A DNA stretch of 64,000 nucleotides from an uncultured Spirochaetota bacterium. Lineage in GTDB: Bacteria > Spirochaetota > Spirochaetia > SZUA-6 > Fen-1364. The position numbers and the translations under genes were made by a program. Of this stretch, positions 47,897 through 57,857 are shown piece after piece. The notes beneath the pieces were generated by a model. That model ran no database searches, had not been told where the DNA came from, and saw nothing but the letters and a program-made list of their open reading frames with translations. How positions within the stretch are numbered: position 1 is the stretch's first letter; the number at the start of each line of letters is the position of its first letter. Location of the stretch: assembly GCA_963820525.1 (NCBI GenBank), contig CAWGAA010000001.1, forward strand, positions 285,299 to 349,298, in the 5' to 3' direction.

Positions 47897-48884
47897 TCAA
47901 GACAGGGACCTCAGAAGCTCCGCGGGATCGCGATAGTAGCCCACGGTGAGGGCCCGGCCCGCCTTCTGGAAAACCTTCCAGTTCCAGGGCATCTGGAGCC
48001 CGGCCGCGGAGGCGAGCTCGACGGCCCGCTTGTTCAGCTCCTTCGCTTCAGTCGGCTTCCCCTCCAGGGAATCCTGGAGCACGGGAGGATACGAGCGGCC
48101 GGGTTTGAAGCGCGCGGCCTGGAAGCTCGCATGATCGCGCTCCATGCGCTCCATGAGCGCCTGAGGATCCATGATCGGCAGCCGTGCGGTCCGTCTCCCC
48201 GTTCTCTGCATTAGCTTCAGCCCCTCAGAAAGGATGCATTTGGCAAGCTCCCTCCCCTCCGTGAACGTGAGGAAGTGGTCGAGCGTGGTGTTGCAAAGCG
48301 ATGCGGGAAGGGAGAGAAGCTGGTAAACGAAAAACGAGTTCAGGCAGGAGACGACGTCAGCGGCGAATTGAACCGAAACGCCGAATCGCTCCAGGCCTTC
48401 CGCCAGCTCCGCCATGGGGGAGAGCTTCTCCGCGATGATGACGGGCCTCCTGGTGAACACCTCAACCTCTCCATCCTGCAGCGCTGACGCCTCCATGAGA
48501 GTGAGGAGAAATGATCGTGACAGAGCCGAAAAGCCGAGCCTCTCCGGCTCAGCGGGATCGCTGTTGCAGAACAGGGTATGGCCATGCTCGGGATCTACGA
48601 TGCCGCGGAAGGAGTCCTTCTTCATGGCCCGAAGGTGCTGCCGGCCCAATGTGACGAAGAGGACGTCGGGATCAGCCTGGAGGCCCGTTCGAATTCCCCG
48701 CGCGATCAGCCATCCGTCGGGATGGACGATCCGAACGGAGAGCTCCCCGGGGGCCGGAGCTGCGAGTTCCCGCAGCCTTGCGTGCTGAATCCGGCAAGCC
48801 GAAGCTCACTGCATGCCCGCTCAAGGCAAGGAGGCCGCCGAGGTAGCGCCCTATTGCCCCGGGTCCGAGAATGGACACCTTCAT
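47897..48884 (-). pseudogene. 2-dehydropantoate 2-reductase (PanE/ApbA)-like gene, apparently frameshifted
   Basis: N-terminal Rossmann ORF MKVSILGPGAIGRYLGG (48672-48884). The remainder, in another frame, reads ...DPDVLFVTLGRQHLRAMKK... (47897-~48790). The frame switch lies near a CCCCCGGGG tract at ~48740-48760. Confidence 0.5.
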
Positions 48885-48939
48885 AGTTGCCTCCGATTAT
48901 GGAAGGCGAAAGGAAAAGATCAAGGCGGCTTCCGCGGCG

Positions 48940-49031
48940 CAGTAGCGCCGCTGCCGCCGCCCGAGGGCCGCGTGCTTGCCGGAGGCATGCACGCCTGCCG
49001 GCAGCGGTTTGCTCGGCGGCGTCGGCCCTAG
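48940..49031. repeat. Left half of a REP-like palindromic repeat interrupted by the IS
   Basis: 49014-49031 is identical to 14493-14510, including CTAG. Confidence 0.5.
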
Positions 49032-50564
49032 GAGCCTGTCGCGAAACCCTCTTCCGGGAAGCCATTGAATTGAGGGTCCCGGCCATTGATAGAGTGGCCG
49101 CATGGGAGAGGGAACTTTTCGATCCTATCAGCCTGATCAGCCGTACCTCCTTCCACCCCGAGTGGATGAATGGCTGCCCGACGGCCACTTGGTGTACTTC
49201 ATGCGCGACGTGGTGGAAACGCTGGACCTCGAGGCGATTTATTCAAGCTATCAATTGAGCGAAGGCGGACGTCCGCCGTACGAGCCGCGGATGATGCTGG
49301 CCTTGGTTCTGTATGCCTACAGCGTCGGGGTATACAGTTCGCGAAAGATCGAGCAGGCCTGCTGGGAGTCGGTGGCCTTTCGGGTACTCAGTGCGGATCA
49401 ACATCCCGACCATGCGACGATCGCCAGCTTCCGCAAGCGGCATTTGAAGGAGTTGGGGTTGTTGTTCAACCAGGTGCTGAAGCTGTGCCAACGGGCGGGG
49501 TTGGTGAAGTTGGGGCACGTGGCGCTGGACAGCACGAAGGTGAAAGCCAACGCCTCCAGGCACAAAGCGATGAGCTACGGGCGAATGCTGAAGAGTGAGC
49601 AGCGGCTGAACGATGAGATCGCGGCGCTGTTGAAGCGGGCGCAGCGTGAGGATGAAGAAGAGGACGCACGCCTGGGGCCCGGGGGCAAGGATGAGGATCT
49701 GCCCGAGGAGTTGAAGCGGCGGCAGACGAGGCTGGCCAGGATTCGGGAAGCCAAGGCAGCGTTGGAAGCCGAGGCGCAAGAGAAAGCAGAGGAAGAGGTT
49801 CGGCGCAAGGGGGGAGACCCTGGGGCCGCCGGTGGGAAGGGGCGGGCGGAGGTAAAGCCAGCCGAGAAGGCGCAACGCAATTTCACCGACCCGCAATCGC
49901 GGATCATGCTGGACAAGTCCAGCAACAGCTTTGTGCAGGCCTACAATTGCCAGGCGGCGGTCGACGGGAAGGCCCAGGTGATTGTTGCCGCCGAGGTCAC
50001 GCAGGAAACCAACGACAGCCGTCAACTGCATCCGATGCTGGAGAAGCTCAAGGCCAACACCGACGGGCAACTTCCCCGGCGTCTGACTGCCGACAGTGGC
50101 TACTACAACGGGGAGCATGTGCAATCCCATGAAAAGGAAGTGGACCTCTACATTGCTACCGAGCAGTTCCGCCATGGGGAGCGTGTACCGGCTCCGAGGG
50201 GGCGCATTCCTTCCGGATTGAGCAAGAAGCAACTGATGGGGCGCAAGGTGCGGAGCGCACGGGGGCAACGGATCTACGGGAAGCGTAAACAGATCGTGGA
50301 GCCGGTATTCGGGCAGATCAAGGAAGCGCGGGGCTTTCGTCAGTTCTTGCTTCGTGGGCTGGAGAACGTCTGGGGTGAATGGCAAGTAGTATGTACGACG
50401 CACAACCTATTGAAGCTGTTCAGAAGCGGATGGAGATTGAGCGAAGCGTAGGAGAGAGAAGGAATCCCGGCTCGATGACAAGTTGAGTTGGGGGCGCCTC
50501 ATCATGAAAACGGCCCGCTCGCCTACCACAAACGGAGACTTGCGGGCCGGTTTCGCGACAGGCT
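49032..50564 (+). mobile_element. Insertion sequence, IS1182 family (IS5 superfamily), 1533 bp, with 17-bp perfect terminal inverted repeats and a CTAG target duplication
   Basis: Left inverted repeat gagcctgtcgcgaaacc (49032-49048) is the reverse complement of the right one ggtttcgcgacaggctc (50548-50564). CTAG lies at 49028-49031 and 50565-50568. The uninterrupted target is at 14507-14510. Confidence 0.8.
49102..50451 (+). CDS. DDE transposase (IS1182/IS5-like)
   Basis: 449 aa with an N-terminal DNA-binding region, a central coiled-coil, and a C-terminal DDE region (ADSGYYNGEH...GQIKEARGFRQFLLRGL). Confidence 0.85.
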   Translation: MGEGTFRSYQPDQPYLLPPRVDEWLPDGHLVYFMRDVVETLDLEAIYSSYQLSEGGRPPYEPRMMLALVLYAYSVGVYSSRKIEQACWESVAFRVLSADQHPDHATIASFRKRHLKELGLLFNQVLKLCQRAGLVKLGHVALDSTKVKANASRHKAMSYGRMLKSEQRLNDEIAALLKRAQREDEEEDARLGPGGKDEDLPEELKRRQTRLARIREAKAALEAEAQEKAEEEVRRKGGDPGAAGGKGRAEVKPAEKAQRNFTDPQSRIMLDKSSNSFVQAYNCQAAVDGKAQVIVAAEVTQETNDSRQLHPMLEKLKANTDGQLPRRLTADSGYYNGEHVQSHEKEVDLYIATEQFRHGERVPAPRGRIPSGLSKKQLMGRKVRSARGQRIYGKRKQIVEPVFGQIKEARGFRQFLLRGLENVWGEWQVVCTTHNLLKLFRSGWRLSEA

Positions 50565-50640
50565 CCTAGGGCGGAAGCGGTGCTACCGCACCGCGAGAGC
50601 CGCGAAGCGCGACACCGCCAGCCGCTAGAGGCGCCTTTCT
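50565..50640. repeat. Right half of the REP-like repeat interrupted by the IS
   Basis: 50565-50616 matches 14507-14562, apart from a single c/a difference. Confidence 0.5.
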
Positions 50641-50734
50641 CGCGGCATAGAGGGCCGGAGTCCCGCGCGCGGAATGCATTAAATGCAAATTTATGCAAGA
50701 AACGCATACAGATTATTGACACGTTGCAAAGGAT

Positions 50735-51820
50735 ATGGTAACCGTGCTGGAACAGTACGAAGAGCCGGAGGCATTCGTGAAGGACAGGATACCAGTAGCG
50801 ATTCTCGGAGCGACAGGCCAGGTAGGCCAGAAATTCGTTCTCCTGCTGAGCGACCACCCGCAGTTTCAAATCACGGAGCTGGTTGCATCGCAGAGGTCCG
50901 CCGGAAGCAGGTACGGGGACATCTGCAACTGGAAGCAGACGACGCCCATTCCCCGCGAGATAGCGGGCATGACCGTGAAGTACACGGATGACCCTCTCTC
51001 GAGCCCCATCCTCTTCTCCGGCCTCGACTCATCGGTCGCCGGCCCGGTCGAGGAAGCCTACGCGAAGAAAGGCCACCACGTCATCTCAAACTCGAAGAAT
51101 CACCGCATGGACAGCGACGTTCCCATCGTCATCCCCGAGGTGAACGCCGACCATCTCCAGATCATCAAGCGCCAGCCCTACAAGGGATCCATCGTCACGA
51201 ACTCGAACTGCTCCACAATGTTCCTCGTCATGGCGCTGGCCCCCATCCAGCGCGCCTTCGGCGTGGAGGCGGTGCAGGTCACGACGATGCAGGCGGTTTC
51301 CGGGGCCGGCTATCCCGGCGTTGCCTCGATGGACATCCTGGGCAACGTCGTGCCCTACATCGGCGAGGAAGAGGAGAAGATGGAGCGGGAGACCAGGAAG
51401 ATGCTGGGCACCTTCACGGGCGCCGCGATAGAGCCCGCCCCCTTCATGGTGAGCGCACAGTGCAACCGCGTCGCGGTGTTCGACGGCCATACCGAGACGG
51501 TCTCGATCAAGCTCTCCTCAAAGGCCTCGCCGGCGGACATCGCCAGGGTCATGCGCGCGTTCCGCGGCCTTCCTCAGGAGCTCGCCCTGCCGTCTGCTCC
51601 CGCCGAGCCCATCGTCGTACTGGAAGAAAACGATCGGCCCCAGCCGGCCCGCGACGTGTGGATCAACCGCGGGATGTCGACGATCGTCGGCCGCATCAGG
51701 CCGTGCCCCGTGCTCGACATCAAGATGGTCATCCTGGGGCACAATACGATCCGGGGAGCCGCGGGGGCAGCGGTGCTCAATGGAGAAGCGATGCTCGCGA
51801 AAGGATACATCGCCTCATGA
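50735..51820 (+). CDS. asd: Aspartate-semialdehyde dehydrogenase
   Basis: IPVAILGATGQVGQ and an active-site Cys in SNCST. The GTG at 50775 with a GGAGG ribosome-binding site may be the true start. Confidence 0.9.
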   Translation: MVTVLEQYEEPEAFVKDRIPVAILGATGQVGQKFVLLLSDHPQFQITELVASQRSAGSRYGDICNWKQTTPIPREIAGMTVKYTDDPLSSPILFSGLDSSVAGPVEEAYAKKGHHVISNSKNHRMDSDVPIVIPEVNADHLQIIKRQPYKGSIVTNSNCSTMFLVMALAPIQRAFGVEAVQVTTMQAVSGAGYPGVASMDILGNVVPYIGEEEEKMERETRKMLGTFTGAAIEPAPFMVSAQCNRVAVFDGHTETVSIKLSSKASPADIARVMRAFRGLPQELALPSAPAEPIVVLEENDRPQPARDVWINRGMSTIVGRIRPCPVLDIKMVILGHNTIRGAAGAAVLNGEAMLAKGYIAS

Positions 51821-53151
51821 TCGTCCTGAAATTCGGTGGCACCTCGGTGGCCAACGCCGAGATGATGGACAAGGCCCTCTCCATAGCGGAAAGCCGGCTC
51901 GAACGGGCGCCGGTGCTCGTCTCCTCGGCGATGGCGAATATCACGGACCTGCTTCAGGAGCTCGCGAAGCTGCTCGGCTCCGGAGACGAGTCGGGCGCCG
52001 AGAAGATCCTCGCCACGATCGAGGAACGCCACATCTCCTGCGCATCGTCTTTCATCACGGGGGCGAACCTCGAGGGGTGCACGGCGGACCTGAAGGCCGT
52101 GATCTCGGAGCTCCGGGCCCTCATCAAGGCGCTTGCCATCCTCAAGGAGTGGTCCAAGAGGAGCAACGACGCCATCCTCGCCTTCGGCGAGAGGCTCTCC
52201 ACGATCATTCTCGCTTACCGGGCGCGCGAGCGCGGAATGAAGGCGGACCTCTATGATTCGCGCGAGCTCATCAAGACCGACGACAATTTCACGCAGGCCG
52301 CGCCCATCGAGGACCTGACCAATCGGCTGATCTCCTCCGCCATCAAGCCGAAGCCGGGCTCCCTGGCCATCCTCCAGGGCTTCATCGCCTCCACAACGGG
52401 GGGGGCTACCACGACGCTCGGCAGGGGCGGCTCGGACTACACTGCCACCATCGTGGGGGCCGCGCTGAAAGCCGAAGAAGTGGAGATCTGGACAGACGTG
52501 AACGGCATCATGACTTCGGACCCCCGGATCGTGAAGACCGCCAAGACGATAGGCAAGATCAGCTATCGGGAGGCCGCCGAGCTCGCCTACTTCGGAGCCA
52601 AGGTGATCCACCCCGCCACCATCCAGCCCGCCATCAACCTCGGGATCCCCGTTTGGGTGAAGAACACCTTCCAGCCGGAGCAGGCGGGAACCGAGATCAT
52701 CGCCAGCATCCCGGCGAACGGACTGAAGGCGATCGCCTGCAAGAAAGGGATCACCCTCGTCACGGTGAGCTCCTCCCGGATGCTCCTGGCCTACGGTTTT
52801 CTGCGCAAGATATTCGAGACCTTCGAGAAGCATCAGACGGCGGTGGATCTCGTCGCTACCTCCGAGGTCACCGTTTCCATGACGATAGACAATGCGTCCT
52901 CGGTGAACGCTATCGCGCGCGACCTTTCGGAGATCGGGACCGTGGGAGTGGAGTCCGAGAAGAGCATCATCTGCCTCGTCGGCCAGGACCTGTGGAAGGA
53001 CACCGTGTTCCTCTCCCGCGTCTTTCAGTCCCTGAAGTCCACGCCGGTCAGGATGATCTCCCTCGGCTCATCCGACATCAACCTCTCCCTCGTCGTGCCG
53101 GAGGCCATGATGGAAGACAGCGTGCGCAGGCTTCACGGCGAGTTCTTCTAA
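51817..53151 (+). CDS. lysC: Aspartokinase
   Basis: MIVLKFGGTSVANAE and C-terminal ACT domains. The ATG overlaps the asd stop (ATGA). Confidence 0.92.
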   Translation: MIVLKFGGTSVANAEMMDKALSIAESRLERAPVLVSSAMANITDLLQELAKLLGSGDESGAEKILATIEERHISCASSFITGANLEGCTADLKAVISELRALIKALAILKEWSKRSNDAILAFGERLSTIILAYRARERGMKADLYDSRELIKTDDNFTQAAPIEDLTNRLISSAIKPKPGSLAILQGFIASTTGGATTTLGRGGSDYTATIVGAALKAEEVEIWTDVNGIMTSDPRIVKTAKTIGKISYREAAELAYFGAKVIHPATIQPAINLGIPVWVKNTFQPEQAGTEIIASIPANGLKAIACKKGITLVTVSSSRMLLAYGFLRKIFETFEKHQTAVDLVATSEVTVSMTIDNASSVNAIARDLSEIGTVGVESEKSIICLVGQDLWKDTVFLSRVFQSLKSTPVRMISLGSSDINLSLVVPEAMMEDSVRRLHGEFF

Positions 53152-53214
53152 GAGCCTGATTCCCGGTTGAGGGAGGACGCGCCGATACCCGAGAGGCGCA
53201 TCCTTGGAGACGGA

Positions 53215-54123
53215 ATGGAAATCGAGTTTCTCAAGATGCAGGGCTGCGGTGACGACACCCTCCTCATCGACTGCTTCAAGCAGAGCCCGCCGCCGGATGG
53301 AGAGCTGGCGCGCCTGGCGAGGCGGATGCTCGACAGGAAAAGGGGCGTCGGAGCCAACAGCCTTCTCCTGCTGTCCCCCGGCCGGGCCTCGCGCATCAGC
53401 GCCCGCGCCTTCTCGACGAGCGGAGCCGCGGCAGCTGTTTCCTTCAACGCGCTTCGCTGCGCCGCGCGCTACGCTTCCGACTCGGGAACATCCGTGGACA
53501 GGGTCTTTCCCATTGAAACCCCCTCGGGCGATTTCGGCGTCGAGATCATAGACTCGGTCAATGTCCGGCTGGACATGGGCGCTCCAATGAGCCGGGAGCT
53601 GGGGACGGAGATCCGGGAGAAACCCCTCGACTCCTTCACCCGCGCCATCGTTGTCCAAGGAAAGAGCGTCACCTATACCCCGGTCTCCCTCACCGCTTCC
53701 TATGGGATCGTGTTCGTGCCGGCCTTCGATTTCCCTTTCCCCCGCACCGCCCGCTCGATCCTCAGCCACCCCGATTTTCCCGCCCAGACCGGGGTCGGCT
53801 TCGTGCAGCTCTATAGCAGGGAAAAGATCCGCATGCGCGACTGGCAGCCCGCGGGGGGATCGGCGATGGAGATGGAGCCCACTGCGGGCCCGCTTGATTC
53901 CCGCAGGCGCGGGGGCGGCGAGGAGCCCGCCAGCTGCCCGGCTGCTGCTGCCGCAGTGGTTGCATCCGTGGTGAACGGCTTCACGGACCGTGAAGTCTTT
54001 GTCCATCTGGCGGGGGGCGACGTATTCATCCAGTGGGATGAGAGGGACAATCGGCTGTACCTTACCGGCCCCGCTGCGTATGTTTTTACGGGCACTTTCT
54101 ACTTCGAAGAGGAAGAACATTGA
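53215..54123 (+). CDS. dapF: Diaminopimelate epimerase-like protein
   Basis: MEIEFLKMQGCGDD resembles the DapF start MxFxKMHGLGNDF. It sits in the asd-lysC context. See the finding on its catalytic residues. Confidence 0.7.
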   Translation: MEIEFLKMQGCGDDTLLIDCFKQSPPPDGELARLARRMLDRKRGVGANSLLLLSPGRASRISARAFSTSGAAAAVSFNALRCAARYASDSGTSVDRVFPIETPSGDFGVEIIDSVNVRLDMGAPMSRELGTEIREKPLDSFTRAIVVQGKSVTYTPVSLTASYGIVFVPAFDFPFPRTARSILSHPDFPAQTGVGFVQLYSREKIRMRDWQPAGGSAMEMEPTAGPLDSRRRGGGEEPASCPAAAAAVVASVVNGFTDREVFVHLAGGDVFIQWDERDNRLYLTGPAAYVFTGTFYFEEEEH

Positions 54124-54560
54124 TGGACGGCTTCCTGGACAGGCTCGCGGATCTGCTCAAATCGATCCTGGGCGAAACCCCCCAGGCGGAAGAACGCCGC
54201 GACCCGAAGTTCACCGATCCGGACCTTTCCGAGGCGTGGGAGGAACTTGACGACTATCTCAAGGGATCCGAAGGGAGGCGGAGCCGCGAAGAGCGGCGCG
54301 GCGGGGGCTCCCGCCGTCCCTCTCCCGGCTCCCTGGACGAGGATCTGCGGCAGGACTACGCCAATCTCGAAGTGCCCTTCGGGGCCGACATCGAGGAGGT
54401 GAAGCGTGCGTACAAGTCGCTCATCATGCGCTACCACCCCGACAAGCACGCGGGAAACCCCGAAAAGCTGAAGCTCGCAACTGAGATCACCAAGAAAGTG
54501 AACGAATCGTTCGAAAGAATCAGGTCACGACTGGAAGGCGGACGAACGTCCCGGCGATGA
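54123..54560 (+). CDS. J-domain (DnaJ-like) protein
   Basis: A C-terminal J domain carrying the HPDK motif. Confidence 0.6.
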   Translation: MDGFLDRLADLLKSILGETPQAEERRDPKFTDPDLSEAWEELDDYLKGSEGRRSREERRGGGSRRPSPGSLDEDLRQDYANLEVPFGADIEEVKRAYKSLIMRYHPDKHAGNPEKLKLATEITKKVNESFERIRSRLEGGRTSRR

Positions 54561-54618
54561 GCGGGCCTGGGTTTCGGCGCCCTCACGAGACCTCTCTTTC
54601 GTCCGCAGTCATCCCCCG

Positions 54619-56490
54619 CTATTCATCCACCCCCTCGAGCTCCTCCACTTCATCATCCACTCCATCCAGCTCCTGAAGCTCAGGCTTGGCGGCTCCGCCC
54701 GGCTTCTTCGCGGTCTTTCCGGGAGTCTCGGCAACCGAGAGATCGATGCCACCGAAGAGCCGGTCGATCTCGGAGCCCGCCGCCGGAGCGCTTGCGCCGC
54801 CCGCTTCTTCCCCTTCATTCGAGGTGCTCTTCGGTGTGGGTTTCAGCTCGTAGAGCAAGCCGGAATCTTCCAGTGAGCGCGAAGGTCCATAGCGTTCGGG
54901 GACTGCGGCCAGGCTCTCCTCGGGGAGCGTGCCTCCCTCCCTCCCGCCTTCCCGGGAAACGATCTCGGGGCGGCTCTCAGAAATGGAGGGAGCGCGTTCT
55001 GCATGCGCGGAGGCGATGCGCTCGACCTCGCGGACCGATTTCTCAAGGGTAACCGCCGTGACCGCCAGCTGTTCCACTTCCCTGGAGCCTTTCGAAACGA
55101 GGGCAAGCAGCGCGTCGAGGGCGCCCTCAGCCCTCCCAACCTGGCCTGATGCTCCCGCTGTTGCGGCCGATATCCCCTCGAGCTCTGCGCGGATGGTTGA
55201 CATCTCCTTCTGGGTGTCCGCCATGCCCATGAAACAGTCCCGCGCATCCGTGGCGATCCCCTTCACGGCGTCGAGAACGCTCTCGATGAGCTCGGAGATC
55301 TCGGAAGCGGCCCGCGCGCTTCGGTCCGAAAGCTTCCTCACCTGCTGGGCAACGGTGGTGAATCCCTTGCCCGCCTCTCCCGCCCGCGCCGCCTCGATGG
55401 CCGCATTGAGGGAGAGAAGCTCGGTCTGGTCTGCGACATCCCCGATGAGCTCGACGACCTCTTCCACCCGGGACGTCCTCTGCTCGAGGGAGCGCGTCTC
55501 TTCGATGCCCCGCCGGATCTTATCCTTGGACCGATCCAGCACGGCCTCCCCCGCCCGCGCCCGAGCGAATCCCGCGGATGCGGCGGTCACGATCGTTTCT
55601 ATTGTTTTCCCGACCGCGGAGAAAGCGTCGCTCGCCGTTTGAACGAGGCCGGCCTGGTCACGATATGCGGTTCCGGCTCCGTCGACGCCGTGCTCGAGCC
55701 TGCGGTAGTCTTCCGTGAGCCGATCCCGCACCGTCGCGAGATCCGTGAGCGCCGAATCCGCCACCGCGAGCTTTCGAAGCTGCACGAGAATCTCCCCGAG
55801 CTCATCCTCCCTGTTCAGAACCGGAGGAGCGGGAAGCCTTCCCCCCGATATTCCCCTCCCGAAGTCTACCAGCGCTCCAAAGTCCCTCTTGAGGCGGCCG
55901 AAGAGACGGCCGAACACGATAAGGGAGGCGATGCCGAGCGCCGCAAAGAGGGCGGAGGCGAGAACGGTTGCCCTCCGCAACGCGAGGCGTGAAGCGGAGA
56001 TTCTCGCGGAAACACCCTGTAGCTCTGAGAGGACCTTCTCCGTGCTCTGCAGGAAAGAAGCGTACTGCGAGGTGCTTCCCGCCTCGCTGGGCCGCGTGAC
56101 CGATCCTGACAGATCAGCAAGCGCCTGCTGGTAGCCCCCCTTCAGGGAAGAGACGGCCTGTGCCAGAGCGGTTTTCAAGCCTCGGGGATAGAAGAGCCCT
56201 CCAGAAAAAGGGATGCCGGAGGCATCGAGTGAAGCCAGCATTTCGGCATTGGCGCGGGCCATGTCGGCTCCGAGGGAGCCGCCGGCGGGCCGGTCGGCCT
56301 GCAAGGCGACAAGAGCGGCATTGCGCGCGATGGCATGAAGAGAATCCAGCGACGAGGCGAGAGCGCGGGAATCTCTTTCCAAGCCGCTCTCAATGAAGGC
56401 CTGGGCCGCGACGTAGAGCGAAATCCCCACGAGGGCGGCGAGCGGCAGGATAATGGATGCCGCCAGGGCATCGACGATAGATCGTTTCAT
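54619..56490 (-). CDS. Methyl-accepting chemotaxis protein
   Basis: An N-terminal TM, a HAMP domain, the MCP signalling region TVAQQVRKLSDRSARAASEISELI, and an acidic tail. The start overlaps the upstream stop (ATGA). A GGAGGG ribosome-binding site is present. Confidence 0.85.
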   Translation of the reverse strand: MKRSIVDALAASIILPLAALVGISLYVAAQAFIESGLERDSRALASSLDSLHAIARNAALVALQADRPAGGSLGADMARANAEMLASLDASGIPFSGGLFYPRGLKTALAQAVSSLKGGYQQALADLSGSVTRPSEAGSTSQYASFLQSTEKVLSELQGVSARISASRLALRRATVLASALFAALGIASLIVFGRLFGRLKRDFGALVDFGRGISGGRLPAPPVLNREDELGEILVQLRKLAVADSALTDLATVRDRLTEDYRRLEHGVDGAGTAYRDQAGLVQTASDAFSAVGKTIETIVTAASAGFARARAGEAVLDRSKDKIRRGIEETRSLEQRTSRVEEVVELIGDVADQTELLSLNAAIEAARAGEAGKGFTTVAQQVRKLSDRSARAASEISELIESVLDAVKGIATDARDCFMGMADTQKEMSTIRAELEGISAATAGASGQVGRAEGALDALLALVSKGSREVEQLAVTAVTLEKSVREVERIASAHAERAPSISESRPEIVSREGGREGGTLPEESLAAVPERYGPSRSLEDSGLLYELKPTPKSTSNEGEEAGGASAPAAGSEIDRLFGGIDLSVAETPGKTAKKPGGAAKPELQELDGVDDEVEELEGVDE

Positions 56491-57857
56491 GTTTGTCCCT
56501 CCGACTCCCGCGATTCCAGCCCGTATTCCTGGAGCTTGCGATGCAGGGTTTTTCTCCCGATGCCAAGGATCTCGGCCGTCCTGCTCTTGTTGCCGCCCTC
56601 GTGACTCAACGTGGAGCGGATGACCTCCTTCTCCACGTCTGAGAGATTGGCCCCGACCGGGACGCGAATGAACTCTTCGCTCGAATCCCCCCTGATACTC
56701 GGGGGAAGGTCGTCGATGCCGATCAGCGAGCCCTTGCACAGAACGACGGCGCTCTCGATGGAGTTTCGAAGCTGGCGGATGTTTCCGGGCCATGCGTAGT
56801 TGTACAAAGCGAGGCGCGCCTTGGGATCGATGCCGTCGATCCTTTTTCCGTTCTCACGGCTGAACTCGGCAAGGAAGGCGGCGACGAGAAGCGGGATATC
56901 ATCTTTCCTCTCGCGCAGGGGGGGGATGTGGATGTTCACGACGTTGAGCCGGTAGTACAAGTCCTCGCGGAATGTTCCCTTCGCGATCCCTTCCCTGAGG
57001 TCCCTGTTGGTGGCCGCGATCACCCGCACGTCAACCTCGATCGTCTCCTCCCCCCCGACCCTCTCGAACTTTTTCTCATCCAAAACCCGCAGGAGCTTGA
57101 TCTGGACATTGCCGTTGATGTCCCCGATCTCGTCGAGGAAGAGCGAGCCCAGGTGGGCCAGCTCGAACCTGCCGCGTTTGCGCGCGACGGCTCCCGTGAA
57201 GGCGCCCTTTTCATGGCCGAAGAGCTCCGATTCCAGGAGGGTTTCGGTCAGGGCGGCGCAGTGCACCTTGACCAGGGGCTTGTCCCGGCGGGGAGAGTTG
57301 TAGTGCAGCGCCTCCGCGATCATCTCCTTGCCCACCCCGCTCTCCCCTGTGATGAGCACCGAGGTGCGCGCCGGGGCCACCTGCCGCACCATCTCGAAGA
57401 CGTGCTTCATCTCCTGGCTCTTGCCGATGATGCTGGCGAACTGGTTCTTCTTCTCCAGCTCCTCCTGGAGAGCCCGGTTCTGCAGCACGAGCTCCCGGTT
57501 GGAGAGCGCGCGCTTGACCAGGAGGGAGAGCCGGTCCAGATTCACCGGCTTGGTGAGAAAGTCGTAGGCCCCGTCCCGCATCGCCTGCACGGCGGATTCG
57601 ATGGTGCCGTGCCCAGTGAGGATGATCACGGGAACCGTCGGGTAGAGGGATGAGACGTTGCGCAACAACTCCTCTCCCGACAGGCGGGGCATCTTCAGGT
57701 CCGTGATGACGAGGTCCACGTCGCCCTTTTCGAACGCCTCCAGGGCTTCCTTGCCGTCCGCAGCCAGCGTCACGTCATAGCTGTCGAGGGCAAGAGCTTC
57801 CCGCAGGCCCTCGCGGATATTCTTCTCGTCGTCCGCTACAAGGATGGTGAACTTCAT
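56487..57857 (-). CDS. Sigma-54-dependent two-component response regulator (NtrC family)
   Basis: REC domain with DLKMP. The AAA+ sigma-54 activator domain has GESGVGKE and GAFTGA. There is a C-terminal HTH. Confidence 0.92.
   Translation of the reverse strand: MKFTILVADDEKNIREGLREALALDSYDVTLAADGKEALEAFEKGDVDLVITDLKMPRLSGEELLRNVSSLYPTVPVIILTGHGTIESAVQAMRDGAYDFLTKPVNLDRLSLLVKRALSNRELVLQNRALQEELEKKNQFASIIGKSQEMKHVFEMVRQVAPARTSVLITGESGVGKEMIAEALHYNSPRRDKPLVKVHCAALTETLLESELFGHEKGAFTGAVARKRGRFELAHLGSLFLDEIGDINGNVQIKLLRVLDEKKFERVGGEETIEVDVRVIAATNRDLREGIAKGTFREDLYYRLNVVNIHIPPLRERKDDIPLLVAAFLAEFSRENGKRIDGIDPKARLALYNYAWPGNIRQLRNSIESAVVLCKGSLIGIDDLPPSIRGDSSEEFIRVPVGANLSDVEKEVIRSTLSHEGGNKSRTAEILGIGRKTLHRKLQEYGLESRESEGQT

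Noticed and set aside
50640-50735. Looked for a lysine riboswitch (L-box) upstream of asd/lysC.
   Set aside because: The intergenic region is only ~100 nt after the IS and lacks the conserved L-box helices.
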